DNA of 63,814 nucleotides, the filler included, from Olpidium bornovanus S191 (lineage: Eukaryota; Fungi; Olpidiomycota), in the NCBI GenBank assembly GCA_017911155.1. It is 29 parts of 29 records of this genome, joined end to end, with 100 filler letters (N's around TTAATTAATTAA, not from the genome) between each part and the next. Parts side by side here need not be neighbours in the genome. Positions count along the whole stretch, not along the records: positions 58,926 to 61,098 come from JAEFCI010011498.1; positions 61,199 to 62,565 come from JAEFCI010007065.1; positions 62,666 to 63,814 come from JAEFCI010010057.1; 26 more parts are not named here. One strand, given 5' to 3'. The stretch's first letter is position 1; each line of letters starts with the position of its first letter. The translations under genes were made by a program, and so were the position numbers. The notes under the pieces were generated by a model. That model saw nothing but the letters and a program-made list of their open reading frames with translations, was not told where the DNA came from and ran no database searches. Positions 61,071-63,814 of this stretch are shown piece after piece.

Positions 61071-61198
61071 GTCGTTCGAGGCGAAAAATACAATATGANN
61101 NNNNNNNNNNNNNNNNNNNNNNNNNNNNNNNNNNNNNNNNNNTTAATTAATTAANNNNNNNNNNNNNNNNNNNNNNNNNNNNNNNNNNNNNNNNNNNN

Positions 61199-62247
61199 CG
61201 TACATGGAACCGTTCTACCCCGTTTGACAAGAACCGTTCCGGACCCGGTGCAAAAAGAGATCATAATGTTAGCATACCATAAGAGTTCGACGATCACATC
61301 AGAGGGCAACTTTTTGGCTGCGCGCTCGAAAGCCGCGAGAATTCTGCAAAGTAGTTTCGTCCGCCTCCAAAAAAAAAATAACGCACAAAAACGCTGTCGT
61401 CGAACAGGACTCGTCTGGACCAAATGCCAAACCTGCCGGTGGGCGTCCAGCGAGTTTAAAGCTCTGAGCAGTACACCAGTAGGTGTATGCGTTCGTAGGC
61501 AAACAAACCGACCAAGATTGAGGAAACGCCCAACGAAACGTACAGGACGTGGTTGCCGGGAACCAACACCAGCAGCTTGTCTGGCTCCTCAACGGCAACT
61601 TTACTGGCAGTATGCGTAGGTTTGCGCGTAGCGGGCGAGATGCAAGGGCGAGGGGGGTGGAAGGAAAGGGTTGTATTCAACGGCACGCTTGAAAGCTCTT
61701 AAAAAAACAATGAGGCAGTGCAGGCCTTACCTCGCGTACACGGTCGTGTACGGCTCGTCGTCCTTCGCGTCCAGAGGAAGTCGTATTGGAACCAGTCCCA
61801 GATCGCGTTCAAACAAACTTTTCAAATGGCGTGACGCGGCGACTGGCGGCAACAAGGCCATGACCGCAGACTGAAATTAGCCTTTCCAACCCGATACAGA
61901 GGACCGCGACGCGAGGGACTCCCCGCAACCCAGGGGGACTGCAAAAAGGCGAACGCGGGTGGCATAATTCAGGAAACGGAAAAGAGGGGAAGGAAGGGGG
62001 CAAATTTTCGTTCGCGCGTACCATGCAACGCTTCCGCGAGCAGGTTGCTCGCTTCACGGTCCGAGTGGTCATATGCGTAGGCTTCCCCGGTCGCGGTGTT
62101 AACGAGTCTCCCCGGGGGCAGGCCGATTCCCGTGGGGCCCTTCTCAGCGCCGCCCTTCTCGGTGAAATGGAACCCCAGTTCGGCAAGGTCGAGAGGCAGA
62201 GCGCTGCTCTTGCTCTTCGTGCCTCTCTTCGGCTTCCTCCTGAACAT
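61199..62247 (-). CDS. ARB2A/FAM172A (Arb2-domain) protein, multi-exon, 3'-truncated
   Basis: MFRRKPK..LPLDLAELGFHF..|..LGLVPIRLPLDAKDDEPYTTVYAS|..PDKLLVLVPGNHVL|FGIWSRRVLFDDSV. Confidence 0.75.
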
Positions 62248-62665
62248 GGAAGGCGGGCGGCGGGCAGTAGGGGCCGACGGTCGAAAGACGAGCGCAGCCT
62301 GGACGGTGGCGGAGGGCCAGCGAAGAATCTCGCGCGGGCGAAGGGTTGCCAGGCGGCGGGCACCCCGGGGGAGCGGGGAGTGGAAAGCGCATAAATCCCC
62401 CGCCGGGCCTATAAAGAGTCGGAAGCTTTCCCCCATTATTTGCACATGACGTACCACGAGGCCGCAGCAGGCCTCAACAGTCAAGATTGGCAAATGACCA
62501 TTAACGCTGAATTCAATTCTCTCCTGGCAGGATCCCGCGCGCCCGCCCACAGGCAGAAAGTGCTCNNNNNNNNNNNNNNNNNNNNNNNNNNNNNNNNNNN
62601 NNNNNNNNNTTAATTAATTAANNNNNNNNNNNNNNNNNNNNNNNNNNNNNNNNNNNNNNNNNNNN

Positions 62666-63520
62666 ATCTTGTCGATGTTCACGTTTTTGTACTGTTTTTT
62701 CAGCTCCTTGTTTGCCGCCTGCATCGCCTCCACAGTGACCATCGTGTTCTTCAGGTTCTCGCTCGCGAAGTTCGCCTGGTCCATGTTGAACGTCTGCTGC
62801 GCAAGCTGGTCGCGCTGCGTCTCGTACCTGAAAACGGCGGCGACAAGCGGTTAAAGAACGAGGCGAAGCCGACTTTTTTTGGGAAGGGGGGGGGGAGTGT
62901 GCATGTGTGTGTCTCGGGGAAAAGGACGCCCAACGGCAGACGTTTTCCGTTTCTTTTTTCTGCCTCTTCTTTTTCGCAGACGGCAGGCATTAAAAAAAAT
63001 TCTGCCCGTTTTCTTTTTTTAATTGTCTGGCGACAGCGAAAAGCCCTGCGACGAAGGGCGAAAGAATCGGGCCCCGGGCGGGAAACAGGGGGGCCCTTAC
63101 ATTTTTTTCTGTTTGAGCACCCGCACCGCTTTTGCTTTAACGGCTTCCTGGTGGGGGTCCGAAGGTGTGGGCGGCATTTTTTTTTCAGCGCCGCGCTCCC
63201 CCGCTCCCCGCATTTCCCCAAGACCCCGTCCTTTCCGGTCGAGCGCGGCAACACACCCGCCGTCTGGTTTCCTCTCCTTCGAACGGGCGCTGGCGGTTCC
63301 CCCCTCCCTCCCCCCTTTCTTCCCCCCGCCAGACTTCGCAGGCTTCCGGCAATTGCCCCAAAATCCCCTTTTGGCCCCCCCCCCCCCCCCCCCCCTCTCC
63401 CCCTGCCGCCCACCTTGGCCGGCCCTTCTCTCATGTTCTTCATTTGGTCGCGGTACCGCATCAGCTCCGCGTCAAGTTTCTTGATCTTGACCTCCACCGC
63501 GTCCACTCTGGAGTTGGTCT
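62666..63520 (-). CDS. VPS60: ESCRT-III accessory protein Vps60/CHMP5, internal exons
   Basis: [32 protein letters not shown]|..|[53 protein letters not shown]. Confidence 0.95.
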
Positions 63521-63814
63521 GGAAAAAGTCACGCCGATTGAGAACGGGTCCAGCAAAACGGTCGCCGCGTCGCGCAAACGCCACGGGAGGGCGTCCGGGC
63601 GGCGGGCCCAGTCCGTGCGGACAAAGCGTGTCGAAACGACAACCGCCCCCCCCCCCCCCCCCCCCCTTCCCCCCCCCCCCCCCCCCCCCGAACCCCCCCT
63701 CCCCCCCCCCCCCCCCCCCCGCCCCCCCCGGGCTTTGGTTTTCTGTTACGACGCCCAGAGTCGTTACTGCTGGACATCAAGACGGCCGTGTCTTCGATCT
63801 CCGAGGGAGCAGGG

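Larger units (their letters stand above)
4126..62665. other. 28 artificial contig linkers (44 N + TTAATTAATTAA + 44 N); span given is first to last linker
   Basis: Identical 100-nt spacers at 4126, 7057, 14300, 16211, 20343, 21802, 24520, 26001, 27809, 31773, 32873, 34351, 35676, 36945, 38375, 41378, 42938, 44177, 45707, 46843, 49661, 50763, 52492, 54259, 57251, 58826, 61099 and 62566; TTAATTAATTAA places stops in all six frames. Confidence 0.98.

Noticed and set aside
4126-62665. Regularly recurring TTAATTAATTAA as a CRISPR-like, telomeric or IES-like repeat
   Set aside because: It is always centred in 44+44 N, so it is an artificial six-frame-stop concatenation linker.

Overview
This is not one chromosomal segment. 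It is 29 short contigs (about 1-7 kb each) joined by 28 artificial 100-nt linkers (N44-TTAATTAATTAA-N44, stop codons in all six frames), so adjacency across linkers has no biological meaning. The DNA is GC-rich, intron-containing and eukaryotic. It combines fungal hallmarks (division-2 chitin synthase-like protein, Whi5/Nrm1 GTB motif, fungal tropomyosin, Myo2 tail) with cilium-associated genes (CCDC113, FAM166/CIMIP2, Rab28-like, CXorf58-like). This points to a zoosporic, early-diverging fungus; an Olpidium-like organism is an inference. Mostly truncated genes I can recognise: Ddl-like ATP-grasp ligase, CIA2, BK/Slo K+ channel, RNF10/MAG2, F-box/JmjC, WDR81-like, ASCC2-like, COA1-like, ArfGAP, plant-type ALDH12, GST-zeta, DOCK-C/D, CKS1, ARB2A/FAM172A-like and VPS60. 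There are also several decayed LTR retroelements and a dispersed 12-bp satellite. The most notable observations are a chitin synthase-like protein with eroded catalytic motifs, a Rab28-like GTPase with broken G3/G4 boxes, a Whi5-type motif in a flagellated fungus, spliced ALDH12 and Ddl-like genes, and a Xanthomonadaceae-like metB fragment fused through a poly-C run. I found no multi-gene novel system. All family calls come from recalled motifs, not database searches.
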